Assembly (NCBI GenBank): GCA_964016885.1
Contig: OZ024744.1
Span: 74,152,001-74,216,000 of the forward strand
Length of the DNA stretch: 64,000 nt
Reading direction: 5' to 3'
Source: Eledone cirrhosa
Lineage: Eukaryota
This document shows positions 16,701 to 31,700 of this stretch, one piece after another. The translations under genes were made by a program, and so were the position numbers. How positions within the stretch are numbered: the stretch's first letter is position 1; each line of letters opens with the position of its first letter. The notes under the pieces were generated by a model. That model saw nothing but the letters and a program-made list of their open reading frames with translations, was not told where the DNA came from and searched no databases.

Positions 16701-19700
16701 GGTATAGCTGCTAAACCATCACAATCACCATTCACATATCAACCATGCTAGAGTCTAGCTAGTTGAGATGGTATAGCTGCTAAACCATCACAATCACCAT
16801 TCACATATCAACCATGCTAGAGTCTAGCTAGTTGAGATGGTATAGCTGAAAAACCAGCACAATCACTATTCACATATCAACCATGCTAGAGACTAGCTAG
16901 TTGAGATGGTATAGCTGATACACCATCACAATCACCATTCACATATCAACCATGCTAGAGTCTAGCTAGTTGAGATGGTATAGCTGATAAACCATCACAA
17001 TCACCTTTCACATTTCAACCATGCTAGAGTGTAGCTAGTTGATATGGTATAGCTAGTAAACCATCACAATCACCATTCCCATATCAACCATGCTAGAGGC
17101 TAGCTAGTTGAGATGGTATAGCTGCTAAACCATCACAATAACCTTTCGCATATCAACCATGCTAGAGTCTAGCTAGTTGAGATGAAATAGCTGATAAACC
17201 ATCACAATCATTATTCACATACCAACCATGCTAGAGTCTAGCTAGTAGAGATGGTAAGCTGCTAAACCTTCACAATCACCATTCACATATCAACCATGCT
17301 AGAGTCTAGCTAGTTAAGATGGTATAGCTGATAAACCATCACAATCACCATTCACATATCAACCATGCTAGAGTCTAGCTAGTTGAGATGGTATAGCTGC
17401 TAAACGATCACAATCACCTTTCTAATTTCAACCATGCTAGAGTCTATCTAGTTGAGATGGTATAGCAACTAAACCATCACAATCACCATTCACATAACAA
17501 ACATGCTAAAGTCTAGCTAGTTGAGATGGTATGGCTGCTAAACCATCACAATCACCATTCATATATCAACCATGCTAGAGTCTAACTTGTTGAGATGGTA
17601 TAGATACTAATCCATCACAATCACCATTCAAATATGAACCATGCTAAAGTCTAGCTAGTTGAGATGGTATGGCTTCTAAACCATCACAATCACTATTCAT
17701 GTATCAATGAGGTTAGACTCTAGCTAGTTGAGATGGTATAGCTGCTAACCCGTCACCATCACTATTCGTATATCAACCATGACAAAGTCTAGCTAGTTGA
17801 GATGGTATGGCTGCTAAACCATCACAATCACCATTCACATATCAACCATGCTAGGGTCTAGCTAGTTGAGATGGTATAACTGAAAAACCAGCACAATCAC
17901 TATTCACATATCAACCATGCTAGAAACTAGCTAGTTGAGATGGAATAGCTGATAAACCATCACAATCACCATTCACATATCAACCATGCTAGAGTCTAGC
18001 TAGTTGAGATGGTATAGCTGATAAACCATTACAATCACCATTCACATATCAACCATGCTTGGGTCTAGCTAGTTGAGATGGTATGGCTGCTAAAGCATCA
18101 CAATCACCATTCATATATCAACCATGCTAGAGTCTAACTAGTTGAGATGGTATAACTTCTAAACCATCACAATCACCGTTCAAATATGAACCATGCTAAA
18201 GTCTAGCTAGTTGAGATGGTATGGCTTCTAAACCATCACAATCACTATTCATGTATCAATGAGGTTAGACTCTAGCTAGTTGAGATGGTATAGCTGCTAA
18301 CCCATCACCATCACTATTCATATATCAACCATGACAAAGTCTAGCTAGTTGAGATGGTATAGCTGATAAACCATCACAATCACCATTCACATATCAACCT
18401 TGCTAGAGTCTAGCTAGTTGAGATGGTATAGCTGCTAAACCATCACAATCACCATTCACATATCAACGATGATAGAGTCTAGCTAGTTGAGATGGTATAG
18501 CTACTAAACAAACACAATCACTATTCACATTTCAAACATGCTAGAGTCTAGCTAGTTGAGATGGTATAGCTGCTAAACCATCACAATCACTATTCACATA
18601 TCAACCATGCTAGAGTCTAGCTAGTTGATATGGTATAGCTGCTAAACCATCACAATCACCATTCGCATATCAACCATGATAGAGTCTAGCTACTTGAGAA
18701 GGTATAGCTGCTAAACCATCACAATCATTATTCACATACCAACCATGCTAGAGTCTAGCTAGTTGAAATGGTATAGCTGCTAAACCATCACAATCACCAT
18801 TCACATATCAACCGTGCTAGAGTCTAGCTAGTTGAGATGGTATAGCTGCTAAACCATCACAATCACCATTCACATATCAACCATGCTAGAGGCTAGCTAG
18901 TTGAGATGGTAAAGCTGCTAAACAATCACAATCACTATTCACATTTCAACCATGCTAGAGTCTAGCTAGTTGAGATGGATTAGCTGATAAACCATCACAA
19001 TCACCATTCACGTATCAACCATGCTAGAGTCTAGCTAGTTGAGATGGTATAGCTACTAAACCATCACAATCACCATTCACATATCAACCATGCTAGAGTC
19101 CAGATAGTTGAGATGGTATAGCTGCTAAACCATCACAATCAGTATTCACATATCAACCATGCTAGAGTCTAGCTAGTTGAGATGGTATAGCTGCTAAACC
19201 ATCACAATCACCATTCATATTTCACCCATGCTAGAGTATAGCTAGTTCAGATTGTATAGCTGCTAAACCATCACAATCACCATTCGCATATCAACCATGC
19301 TAGAGTCTAGCTAGTTGAGATGGTAAAGCTGCTAAACAATCACAATCACTATTCACATTTCAACCATGCTAGAGTCTAGCTAGTTGATATGTTATAGCTG
19401 CTAAACCATCACAATCACTATTCACATATCAACCTTGCTAGAGTCTAGCTAGTGGAGATTGTATAGCTGCTAAACCATCACAATCACCATTCGCATATCA
19501 ACCATGCTAGAGTCTAGCTAGTTGAGATGGTAAAGCTGCTAAACAATCACAATCTCTATTCACATTTCAACCATGCTAGAGTCTAGCTAGTTGAGATGGT
19601 ATAGCTGCTAAACCATCACAATCACTATTCATATATCAACCATGCTAGAGTCTAGCTAGTTAAGATGGTATATCTGCTAAACCATCACAATCACTGTTCA

Positions 19701-22700
19701 TATATCAACCATGCTAGAGATTAGGTAGTTGAGATGGTATAGCTGCTAAACCATCACAATCACTATTCATATATCAACCATGCTAGAGTCTAGATAGTTG
19801 AGATGGTGTAGCTGCTAAACCATTACAATCACCATTCACATATCAACCATGCTAGAGTCTAGCTAGTTGAGATGGTATAGCTGCTAAACCATCACAATCA
19901 CCTTTCACATTTCAACCATGCCAGAGTGTAGCTAGTTGCGATGGTATATCTACTAAACCATCACAATCACCATTCGCATATCAACCATGCTAGAGTCTAG
20001 CTACTTGAGAAGGTATAGCTGCTAAACCATCACAATCATTATTCACATACCAACCATGCTAGAGTCTAGCTAGTTGAAATGGTATAGCTGCTAAACCATC
20101 ACAATCACCATTCACATATCAACCGTGCTAGAGTCTAGCTAGTTGAGATGGTATAGCTGCTAAACCATCACAATCACCATTCACATATCAACCATGCTAG
20201 AGGCTAGCTAGTTGAGACGGTAAAGCTGCTAAACAATCACAATCACTATTCACATTTCAACCATGCTAGAGTCTAGCTAGTTGAGATGGATTAGCTGATA
20301 AACCATCACAATCACCATTCACGTATCAACCATGCTAGAGTCTAGCTAGTTGAGATGGTATAGCTACTAAACCATCACAATCACCATTCACATATCAACC
20401 ATGCTAGAGTCCAGATAGTTGAGATGGTATAGCTGCTAAACCATCACAATCAGTATTCACATATCAACCATGCTAGAGTCTAGCTAGTTGAGATGGTATA
20501 GCTGCTAAACCATCACAATCACCATTCATATTTCACCCATGCTAGAGTATAGCTAGTTCAGATTGTATAGCTGCTAAACCATCACAATCACTGTTCATAT
20601 ATCAACCATGCTAGAGATTAGGTAGTTGAGATGGTATAGCTGCTAAACCATCACAATCACTATTCATATATCAACCATGCTAGAGTCTAGATAGTTGAGA
20701 TGGTATAGCTGCTAAACCATTACAATCACCATTCACATATCAACCATGCTAGCGTGTAGCTAGTTGAGATGGTATAGCTGCTACACCATCACAATCACCT
20801 TTCACATTTCAACCATGCCAGAGTGTAGCTAGTTGCGATGGTATATCTACTAAACCATCACAATCACCGTTCACATATCAATCATGCTAGAGTCTAGCTA
20901 GTTGAGATGGTATAGTTACTAAACCATCACAATCACCGTTCACATATCAACCATGCTAAAGTCTAGCTAGTTGAGATGGTATGGCTGCTAAACCATCACA
21001 ATCACCATTCACATATCAACCATGCTAGGGTCTAGCTAGTTGAGATGGTATAACTGAAAAACCAGCACAATCACTATTCACATATCAACCATGCTAGAGA
21101 CTAGCTAGTTGAGATGGAATAGCTGATAAACCATCACAATCACCATTCACATATCAACCATGCTAGAGTCTAGCTAGTTGAGATGGTATAGCTGATAAAC
21201 CATTACAATCACCATTCACATATCAACCATGCTTGGGTCTAGCTAGTTGAGATGGTATGGCTGCTAAAGCATCACAATCACCATTCATATATCAACCATG
21301 CTAGAGTCTAACTAGTTGAGATGGTATAACTTCTAAACCATCACAATCACCGTTCAAATATGAACCATGCTAAAGTCTAGCTAGTTGAGATGGTATGGCT
21401 TCTAAACCATCACAATCACTATTCATGTATCAATGAGGTTAGACTCTAGCTAGTTGAGATGGTATAGCTGCTAACCCATCACCATCACTATTCATATATC
21501 AACCATGACAAAGTCTAGCTAGTTGAGATGGTATAGCTGATAAACCATCACAATCACCATTCACATATCAACCTTGCTAGAGTCTAGCTAGTTGAGATGG
21601 TATAGCTGCTAAACCATCACAATCACCATTCACATATCAACGATGCTAGAGTCTAGCTAGTTGAGATGGTATAGCTACTAAACAAACACAATCACTATTC
21701 ACATTTCAAACATGCTAGAGTCTAGCTAGTTGAGATGGTATAGCTGCTAAACCATCACAATCACTATTCACATATCAACCATGCTAGAGTCTAGCTAGTT
21801 GATATGGTATAGCTGCTAAACCATCACAATCACCATTCGCATATCAACCATGCTAGAGTCTAGCTACTTGAGAAGGTATAGCTGCTAAACCATCACAATC
21901 ATTATTCACATACCAACCATGCTAGAGTCTAGCTAGTTGAAATGGTATAGCTGCTAAACCATCACAATCACCATTCACATATCAACCGTGCTAGAGTCTA
22001 GCTAGTTGAGATGGTATAGCTGCTAAACCATCACAATCACCATTCACATATCAACCATGCTAGAGGCTAGCTAGTTGAGATGGTAAAGCTGCTAAACAAT
22101 CACAATCACTATTCACATTTCAACCATGCTAGAGTCTAGCTAGTTGAGATGGATTAGCTGATAAACCATCACAATCACCATTCACGTATCAACCATGCTA
22201 GAGTCTAGCTAGTTGAGATGGTATAGCTACTAAACCATCACAATCACCATTCACATATCAACCATGCTAGAGTCCAGATAGTTGAGATGGTATAGCTGCT
22301 AAACCATCACAATCAGTATTCACATATCAACCATGCTAGAGTCTAGCTAGTTGAGATGGTATAGCTGCTAAACCATCACAATCACCATTCATATTTCACC
22401 CATGCTAGAGTATAGCTAGTTCAGATTGTATAGCTGCTAAACCATCACAATCACCATTCGCATATCAACCATGCTAGAGTCTAGCTAGTTGAGATGGTAA
22501 AGCTGCTAAACAATCACAATCACTATTCACATTTCAACCATGCTAGAGTCTAGCTAGTTGATATGTTATAGCTGCTAAACCATCACAATCACTATTCACA
22601 TATCAACCTTGCTAGAGTCTAGCTAGTGGAGATTGTATAGCTGCTAAACCATCACAATCACCATTCGCATATCAACCATGCTAGAGTCTAGCTAGTTGAG

Positions 22701-25700
22701 ATGGTAAAGCTGCTAAACAATCACAATCTCTATTCACATTTCAACCATGCTAGAGTCTAGCTAGTTGAGATGGTATAGCTGCTAAACCATCACAATCACT
22801 ATTCATATATCAACCATGCTAGAGTCTAGCTAGTTAAGATGGTATATCTGCTAAACCATCACAATCACTGTTCATATATCAACCATGCTAGAGATTAGGT
22901 AGTTGAGATGGTATAGCTGCTAAACCATCACAATCACTATTCATATATCAACCATGCTAGAGTCTAGATAGTTGAGATGGTATAGCTGCTAAACCATTAC
23001 AATCACCATTCACATATCAACAATGCTAGAGTCTAGCTAGTTGAGATGGTATAGCTGCTAAACCATCACAATCACCATTCACATTTCAACCATGCTAGAC
23101 TCCAGCTAGCTGAGATAGAATTAGCTGCTAAAGCATCACAATCACCATTCACGTATCAGCCATGCTAGAGTCTAGCTAATTGAGATGGTATACCTGCTAA
23201 ACCATCACAATCACCATTCATATATCAACCATGTTAGAGTCTAGCTAGTTGAGATGGTATAGCTCTTAAACCATCACAATCACAATTCACATATCAACCA
23301 TGCTAGATTCTAGCTAGTTGAGATGGTATAGCTGCTAAACCACCACAATCACCATTTATATATCAACCATGCTAGAGTCTAGCTAGTTGAGATGGTATAT
23401 CTGCTAAACCATCACAATCACTGTTCATATATCAACCATGCTAGAGATTAGGTAGTTGAGATGGTATAGCTGCTAAACCATCACAATCACTATTCATATA
23501 TCAACCATGCTAGAGTCTAGATAGTTGAGATGGTATAGCTGCTAAACCATTACAATCACCATTCACATATCAACAATGCTAGAGTCTAGCTAGTTGAGAT
23601 GGTATAGCTGCTAAACCATCACAATCACCATTCACATTTCAAACATGCTAGTGTATAGCTAGTTGAGATGTTATAGCGGCTAAACCATCACAATCACCAT
23701 TCATATATCAACCATGCTAGAGTCTATCTAGTTGAGATGGTATAGCTGCTAAACCATCACATTCACTATTCACATATCAACCGTGCTAGAGTCTAGCTAG
23801 TTGAGATGGTATGGCTGCTAAACCATCACAATCACCATTCACATAATAACCATGCTAGAGTCTAGCTAGTTGAGATAGTATAGCTGCTAAACCATCACAA
23901 TCACCTTTCACATTTCAACCATGCTAGCGTCTAGCTAGTTGAGATAGTATAGCTGCTAAAGCATCACAATCACCATTCACATATCAACCATGCTAGAGTC
24001 TAGCTAGTTGAGATGGTATGGCTGCTAAACCATTACAATCACCATTCACATAATAACCATGCTAGAGTCTAGCTAGTTGAGATGGTATAGCTGCTAAACC
24101 ATCACAATCACCTTTCACATTTCAACCATGCTAGCGTCTAGCTAGTTGAGATAGTATAGCTGCTAAAGCATCACAATCACCATTCACATATCAACCATGC
24201 TAGAGTCTAGCTAGTTGAGTTGGTATGGCTGCTAATCCATCACAATCACCATTCATATATCAACCATGCTAGAGTCTAACTAGTTGAGATGGTATAGCTA
24301 CTAAACCATCACAATACCATTCAAATATCAACCATGCCAAAGTCTAGCTAGTTGAGACGGTATGGCTGCTAAACCATCACAATCACTATTCATGTATCAA
24401 TCAGGCTAGACTCTAGCTAGTTGAGATGGATTAGCTGCTAAATCATCACAATCACCATTCACGTATCAACCATGCTAGAGACTAGCTAGTTGAGATGGTA
24501 TAGCTGCTAAACCATAACAATCACCTTTCACATATCAACCATGCTAGAATCTAGCTAGTTGAGATGGTATAGCTGCTAAACCATCACAATCTCCATTCAT
24601 ATATCAACCATGCTAGAGTCTAGGTAGTTGAGATGGTATAGCTGCTAAACCATCACAATCACCATTCACATAATAACCATGCTAGAGTCTAGCTAGTTGA
24701 GATGGTATAGCTGCTAAACCATCACAATCACCTTTCACATTTCAACCATGCTAGCGTCTAGCTAGTTGAGATGGTATAGCTGCTAAACCATCACAATCAC
24801 CATTCACATATCAACGATGATAGAGTCTAGCTAGTTGAGATGGTATAGCTACTAAACAAACACAATCACTATTCACATTTCAAACATGCTAGAGTCTGGC
24901 TAGTTGAGATGGTATAGCTGCTAAACCATCACAATCATTATTCACATATCAACCATGCTATAGTCTAGCTAGTTAAGATGGTATAGCTGCTAAACCATCA
25001 CAATCACCATTCACATTTCAACCATGCTAGAGTGTAGCTAGTTGAGAAGGTATAGCTGCTAAACCATCATAATCACCATTCACATATCAACCATGCTAGA
25101 GGCTAGCTAGTTGAGATGGTATAGCTGCTAAACCATAACAATCACCTTTCACATATCAACCATGCTAGAGTCAAGTTAGTTGAGATGGTATGCCCTGCTA
25201 AACCATCACAATCACCATTCATATATCAACCATGCTAGAGTCTAGCTAGCTGAGATGGTATAGCTGAAAAACCATCACAATCACCATTCACATATCAACC
25301 ATGCTAGAGTCTAGCTAGTTGTGATGGTATAGCTGCTAAACCATCACAATCACCTTTCACATTTCAACCATGCTAGAGTGTAGCTAGTTGAGATGGTATA
25401 GCTACTAAACCATCACAATTACCATTCACATATCAACCATGCTAGAGTCTAGCTAGTTGAGATGGTATGGGTACTAAACAATCACAATCAGCATTCCCGA
25501 ATCAACCATGCTAAAGTCTTGCTAGTTGAGATGGTATGCCTGCTAAACCATCACAATCACCATTCATATATCAACCATGCTAGAGTCTAACTAGTTGAGA
25601 TGGTATAGCTACTAAACCATCACAATCACCATTCAAATATCAACCATGCTAAAGTCTAGCTAGTTGAGATGGTATGGCTGCTAAACCATCACAATCTCTA

Positions 25701-28700
25701 TTCATGTATCAATCAGGCTAGATTCTAGCTAGTTGAGATGGTATATCTGCTAACCCATCACCATCACTATTCTTATATATCAACCCTGACAAAGTCTAGC
25801 TAGTTGAGATGGTATAGCTGATAAACCATCACAATCACCATTCACATATCAACCATGCTAGAGTCTAGCTAGTTCAGATGGTATAGCTGCTAAAGCATCA
25901 CATTCACCATTCACATATCAACCATGATAGCGTCTAGCTAGTTGAGATTGTATAGCTGCTAAAGCATCACAATCACCATTCACATATCAACCATGCTAGA
26001 GTCAATCTAGTTGAGATGGTATAGCTGCTAAACCATCACAATCACCATTCACATATCAACGATGCTAGAGTCTAGCTAGTTGAGATGGTATAGCTGCTAA
26101 ACCATCACAATCACCATTCACATATCAACCATGCTAGAGTCTAGCTAGTTGAGATGGTATAGCTGCTAAACCATCACAATAACTATTCATATATCAACCA
26201 TGCTAGAGTCTAGCTAGTTGAGAAGGTATAGCTGCTAAACCATCACAATCATTATTCACATTCCAACCATGCTAGAGTCTAGTTAGTTGATATGGTATAG
26301 CTGCTAAACCATCACATTCACTATTCACATATCAACCATGCTAGAGTCTATCTAGTTGGGATGGTATAGCTGCTAAACCATCACAATCACTATTCATATA
26401 TCAACCATGCTAGACTCTAGCTAGTTGAGATGGATTAGCTGCTAAACCATCACAATCACCATTCACGTAACAACCATGTTAGAGTCTAGCTAGTTGAGAT
26501 GATATAGCTGCTAAACCCTCACAATCACAATCCACATATCAACATTGCTAGAGTCTATCTAGTTGGGATGGTATAGCTACTAAACAATCACAATCACCAT
26601 TCACATATCAACCATGCTAGAGTCTAGCTAGTTGAGATGGTATAGCTGCTAAACCATCACAATCACCATTCGCATATCAACCATGCTAGAGTCTAGCTTG
26701 CTGAGATGTTAAAGCTGCTAAACCATCACAATCACCATTCACGTAACAACCATGTTAGAGTCTAGCTAGTTGAGATGGTATAGCTGCTAAACAATCACAA
26801 TCACTATTCATATATCAACCATGCTAGAGTCCAGCTAGTTGAGATGGTATAGCTGCTAAACCATCACAGTCACTATTCATATATCAACCATGCTAGACTC
26901 TAGCTAGTTGAGATGGATTAGCTGCTAAACCATCACAATCACCATTCACATATCAACCATGCTAGAGTCTAGGTAGTTGAGATGGTATAGCTGCTAAACC
27001 ATCACAATCACCATTCATATATCAACCATGCTAGAGTCTAGCTAGTTCAGATGGTATATCTGCTAAACCACCACAATCACTGTTCATATATCAACCATGC
27101 TAGAGATTAGGTAGTTGAGATGGTATAGCTGCTAAACCATCACAATCACTATTCATATATCAACCATGCTAGAGTCTAGATAGTTGAGATGGTATAGCTG
27201 CTAAACCATTACAATCACCATTCACATATCAACAATGCTAGAGTCTAGCTAGTTGAGATGGTATAGCTGCTAAACCATCACAATCACCATTCACATTTCA
27301 AACATGCTAGAGTATAGCTAGTTGAGATGTTATAGCGGCTAAACCATCACAATCACCATTCATATATCAACCATGCTAGAGTCTATCTAGTTGAGATGGT
27401 ATAGCTGCTAAACCATCACATTCACTATTCACATATCAACCGTGCTAGAGTCTAGCTAGTTGAGATGGTATAGCTGCTAAACCATCACAATCACCTTTCA
27501 CATTTCAACCATGCTAGCGTCTAGCTAGTTGAGATAGTATAGCTGCTAAAGCATCACAATCACCATTCACATATCAACCATGCTAGAGTCTAGCTAGTTG
27601 AGTTGGTATGGCTGCTAATCCATCACAATCACCATTCATATATCAACCATGCTAGAGTCTAACTAGTTGAGATGGTATAGCTACTAAACCATCACAATAC
27701 CATTCAAATATCAACCATGCCAAAGTCTAGCTAGTTGAGACGGTATGGCTGCTAAACCATCACAATCACTATTCATGTATCAATCAGGCTAGACTCTAGC
27801 TAGTTGCGATGGATTAGCTGCTAAATCATCACAATCACCATTCACGTATCAACCATGCAAGAGACTAGCTAGTTGAGATGGTATAGCTGCTAAACCATAA
27901 CAATCACCTTTCACATATCAACCATGCTAGAATCTAGCTAGTTGAGATGGTATAGCTGCTAAACCATCACAATCACCATTCATATATCAACCATGCTAGA
28001 GTCTAGGTAGTTGAGATGGTATAGCTGCTAAACCATCACAATCACCATTCACATAATAACCATGCTAGAGTCTAGCTAGTTGAGATGGTATAGCTGCTAA
28101 ACCATCACAATCACCTTTCACATTTCAACCATGCTAGCGTCTAGCTAGTTGAGATGGTATAACTGCTAAACCATCACAATCACCATTCACATATCAACGA
28201 TGATAGAGTCTAGCTAGTTGAGATGGTATAGCTACTAAACAAACACAATCACTATTCACATTTCAAACATGCTAGAGTCTGGCTAGTTGAGATGGTATAG
28301 CTGCTAAACCATCACAATCATTATTCACATATCAACCATGCTATAGTCTAGCTAGTTAAGATGGTATAGCTGCTAAACCATCACAATCACCATTCACATT
28401 TCAACCATGCTAGAGTGTAGCTAGTTGAGAAGGTATAGCTGCTAAACCATCATAATCACCATTCACATATCAACCATGCTAGAGGCTAGCTAGTTGAGAT
28501 GGTATAGCTGCTAAACCATAACAATCACCTTTCACATATCAACCATGCTAGAGTCAAGTTAGTTGAGATGGTATGCCCTGCTAAACCATCACAATCACCA
28601 TTCATATATCAACCATGCTAGAGTCTAGCTAGCTGAGATGGTATAGCTGAAAAACCATCACAATCACCATTCACATATCAACCATGCTAGAGTCTAGCTA

Positions 28701-31700
28701 GTTGTGATGGTATAGCTGCTAAACCATCACAATCACCTTTCACATTTCAACCATGCTAGAGTGTAGCTAGTTGAGATGGTATAGCTACTAAACCATCACA
28801 ATTACCATTCACATATCAACCATGCTAGAGTCTAGCTAGTTGAGATGGTATGGGTACTAAACAATCACAATCAGCATTCACGAATCAACCATGCTAAAGT
28901 CTTGCTAGTTGAGATGGTATGCCTGCTAAACCATCACAATCACCATTCATATATCAACCATGCTAGAGTCTAACTAGTTGAGATGGTATAGCTACTAAAC
29001 CATCACAATCACCATTCAAATATCAACCATGCTAAAGTCTAGCTAGTTGAGATGGTATGGCTGCCAAACCATCACAATCTCTATTCATGTATCAATCAGG
29101 CTAGACTCTAGCTAGTTGAGATGGTATATCTGCTAACCCATCACCATCACTATTCATATATCAACCCTGACAAAGTCTAGCTAGTTGAGATGGTATAGCT
29201 GATAAACCATCACAATCACCATTCACATATCAACCATGCTAGAGTCTAGCTAGTTCAGATGGTATAGCTGCTAAAGCATCACATTCACCATTCACATATC
29301 AACCATGATAGCGTCTAGCTAGTTGAGATGGTATAGCTGCTAAAGCATCACAATCACCATTCACATATCAACCATGCTAGAGTCAATCTAGTTGAGATGG
29401 TATAGCTGCTAAACCATCACAATCACCATTCACATATCAACGATGCTAGAGTCTAGCTAGTTGAGATGGTATAGCTGCTAAACCATCACAATCACCATTC
29501 ACATATCAACCATGCTAGAGTCTAGCTAGTTGAGATGGTATAGCTGCTAAACCATCACAATCACTATTCATATATCAACCATGCTAGAGTCTAGCTAGTT
29601 GAGAAGGTATAGCTGCTAAACCATCACAATCATTATTCACATTCCAACCATGCTAGAGTCTAGTTAGTTGATATGGTATAGCTGCTAAACCATCACATTC
29701 ACTATTCACATATCAACCATGCTAGAGTCTATCTAGTTGGGATGGTATAGCTACTAAACAATCACAATCACCATTCACATATCAACCATGCTAGAGTCTA
29801 GCTAGTTGAGATGGTATAGCTGCTAAACCATCACAATCACCATTCGCATATCAACCATGCTAGAGTCTAGCTTGCTGAGATGTTAAAGCTGCTAAATAAT
29901 CACAATCACTATTCACATTTCAACCATGCTAGAGTCTAGCTAGTTGAGATGGTATAGCTGCTAAACAATCACAATCACTATTCATATATCAACCATGCTA
30001 GAGTCTAGCTAGTTGAGATGGTATAGCTGCTAAACCATCACAATCACTATTCATATATCAACCATGCTAGACTCTAGCTAGTTGAGATGGATTAGCTGCT
30101 AAACCATCACAATCACCATTCACGTAACAACCATGTTAGAGTCTAGCTAGTTGAGATGATATAGCTGCTAAACCCTCACAATCACAATCCACATATCAAC
30201 ATTGCTAGAGTCTATCTAGTTGGGATGGTATAGCTACTAAACAATCACAATCACCATTCACATATCAACCATGCTAGAGTCTAGCTAGTTGAGATGGTAT
30301 AGCTGCTAAACCATCACAATCACCATTCGCATATCAACCATGCTAGAGTCTAGCTTGCTGAGATGTTAAAGCTGCTAAATAATCACAATCACTATTCACA
30401 TTTCAACCATGCTAGAGTCTAGCTAGTTGAGATGGTATAGCTGCTAAACAATCACAATCACTATTCATATATCAACCATGCTAGAGTCTAGCTAGTTGAG
30501 ATGGTATAGCTGCTAAACCATCACAATCACTATTCATATATCAACCATGCTAGACTCTAGCTAGTTGAGATGGATTAGCTGCTAAACCATCACAATCACC
30601 ATTCACGTAACAACCATGTTAGAGTCTAGCTAGTTGAGATGGTATAGCTGCTAAACAATCACAATCACTATTCATATATCAACCATGCTAGAGGCTAGCT
30701 AGTTGATTTGGTATAGCTGCTAAATCATCACAATCACTATTCACATATCAACCATGCTAGAGGCTAGCTAGTTGAGATGGTAAAGCTGCTAAACAATCAC
30801 AATCACCATTCACGTATCAACCATGCTCGAGTGTAGCTCGTCGAGATGGTATACCTGCTAAACAATCACAATCATCATTCACATTTCAACCATGCTAGAG
30901 ACTAGGTAGTTGAGATGGTATAGTTGCTAAACCATCACAATCACTATTCACATATCAACCATGCTAGAGTCTAGATAGTTGAGATGGTATAGCTGCTAAA
31001 GCATCACAATCACCATTCACATTTCAACCATGCTAGACTCTAGCTAGTTGAGATGGATTAGCTCCTAAACCATCACACTCACCATTCACGTATCAACCAT
31101 GCTAGAGTCTAGGTAGTTGAGATGGTATAGCTGCTAAACCATCACAATCACCATTCATATATCAACCATGCTAGAGTCTAGCTAGTTCAGATGGTATAGC
31201 TGCTAAAGCATCACATTCACCATTCACATATCAACCATGCTAGCGTCTAGCTAGTTGAGATGGTATAGCTGCTAAAGCATCACAATCACCATTCATATAT
31301 CAACCATGCTAGAGTCTATCTAGTTGAGATGGAATAGCTGCTAAACCATCACAATAACCATTCACATATCAACGATGCTAGAGTCAAGCTAGTTGAGATT
31401 GTATAGCTGCTAAACCATCACAATCACCATTCACATATCAACGATGCTAGAGTCTAGCTAGTTGAGATGGTATAGCTGCTAAACCATCACAATCACTATT
31501 CATATATCAACCATGCTAGAGTCTAGCTAGTTGAGAAGGTATAGCTGCTAAAACATCACAATCATTATTCACATACCAACCATCCTAGAGTCTAGTTAGT
31601 TGATATGGTATAGCTGCTAAACCATCACAATCACCATTCACATATCAACCATGCTAGAGTCTAGGTAGTTGAGATGGTATAGCTGCTAAACCATCACAAT

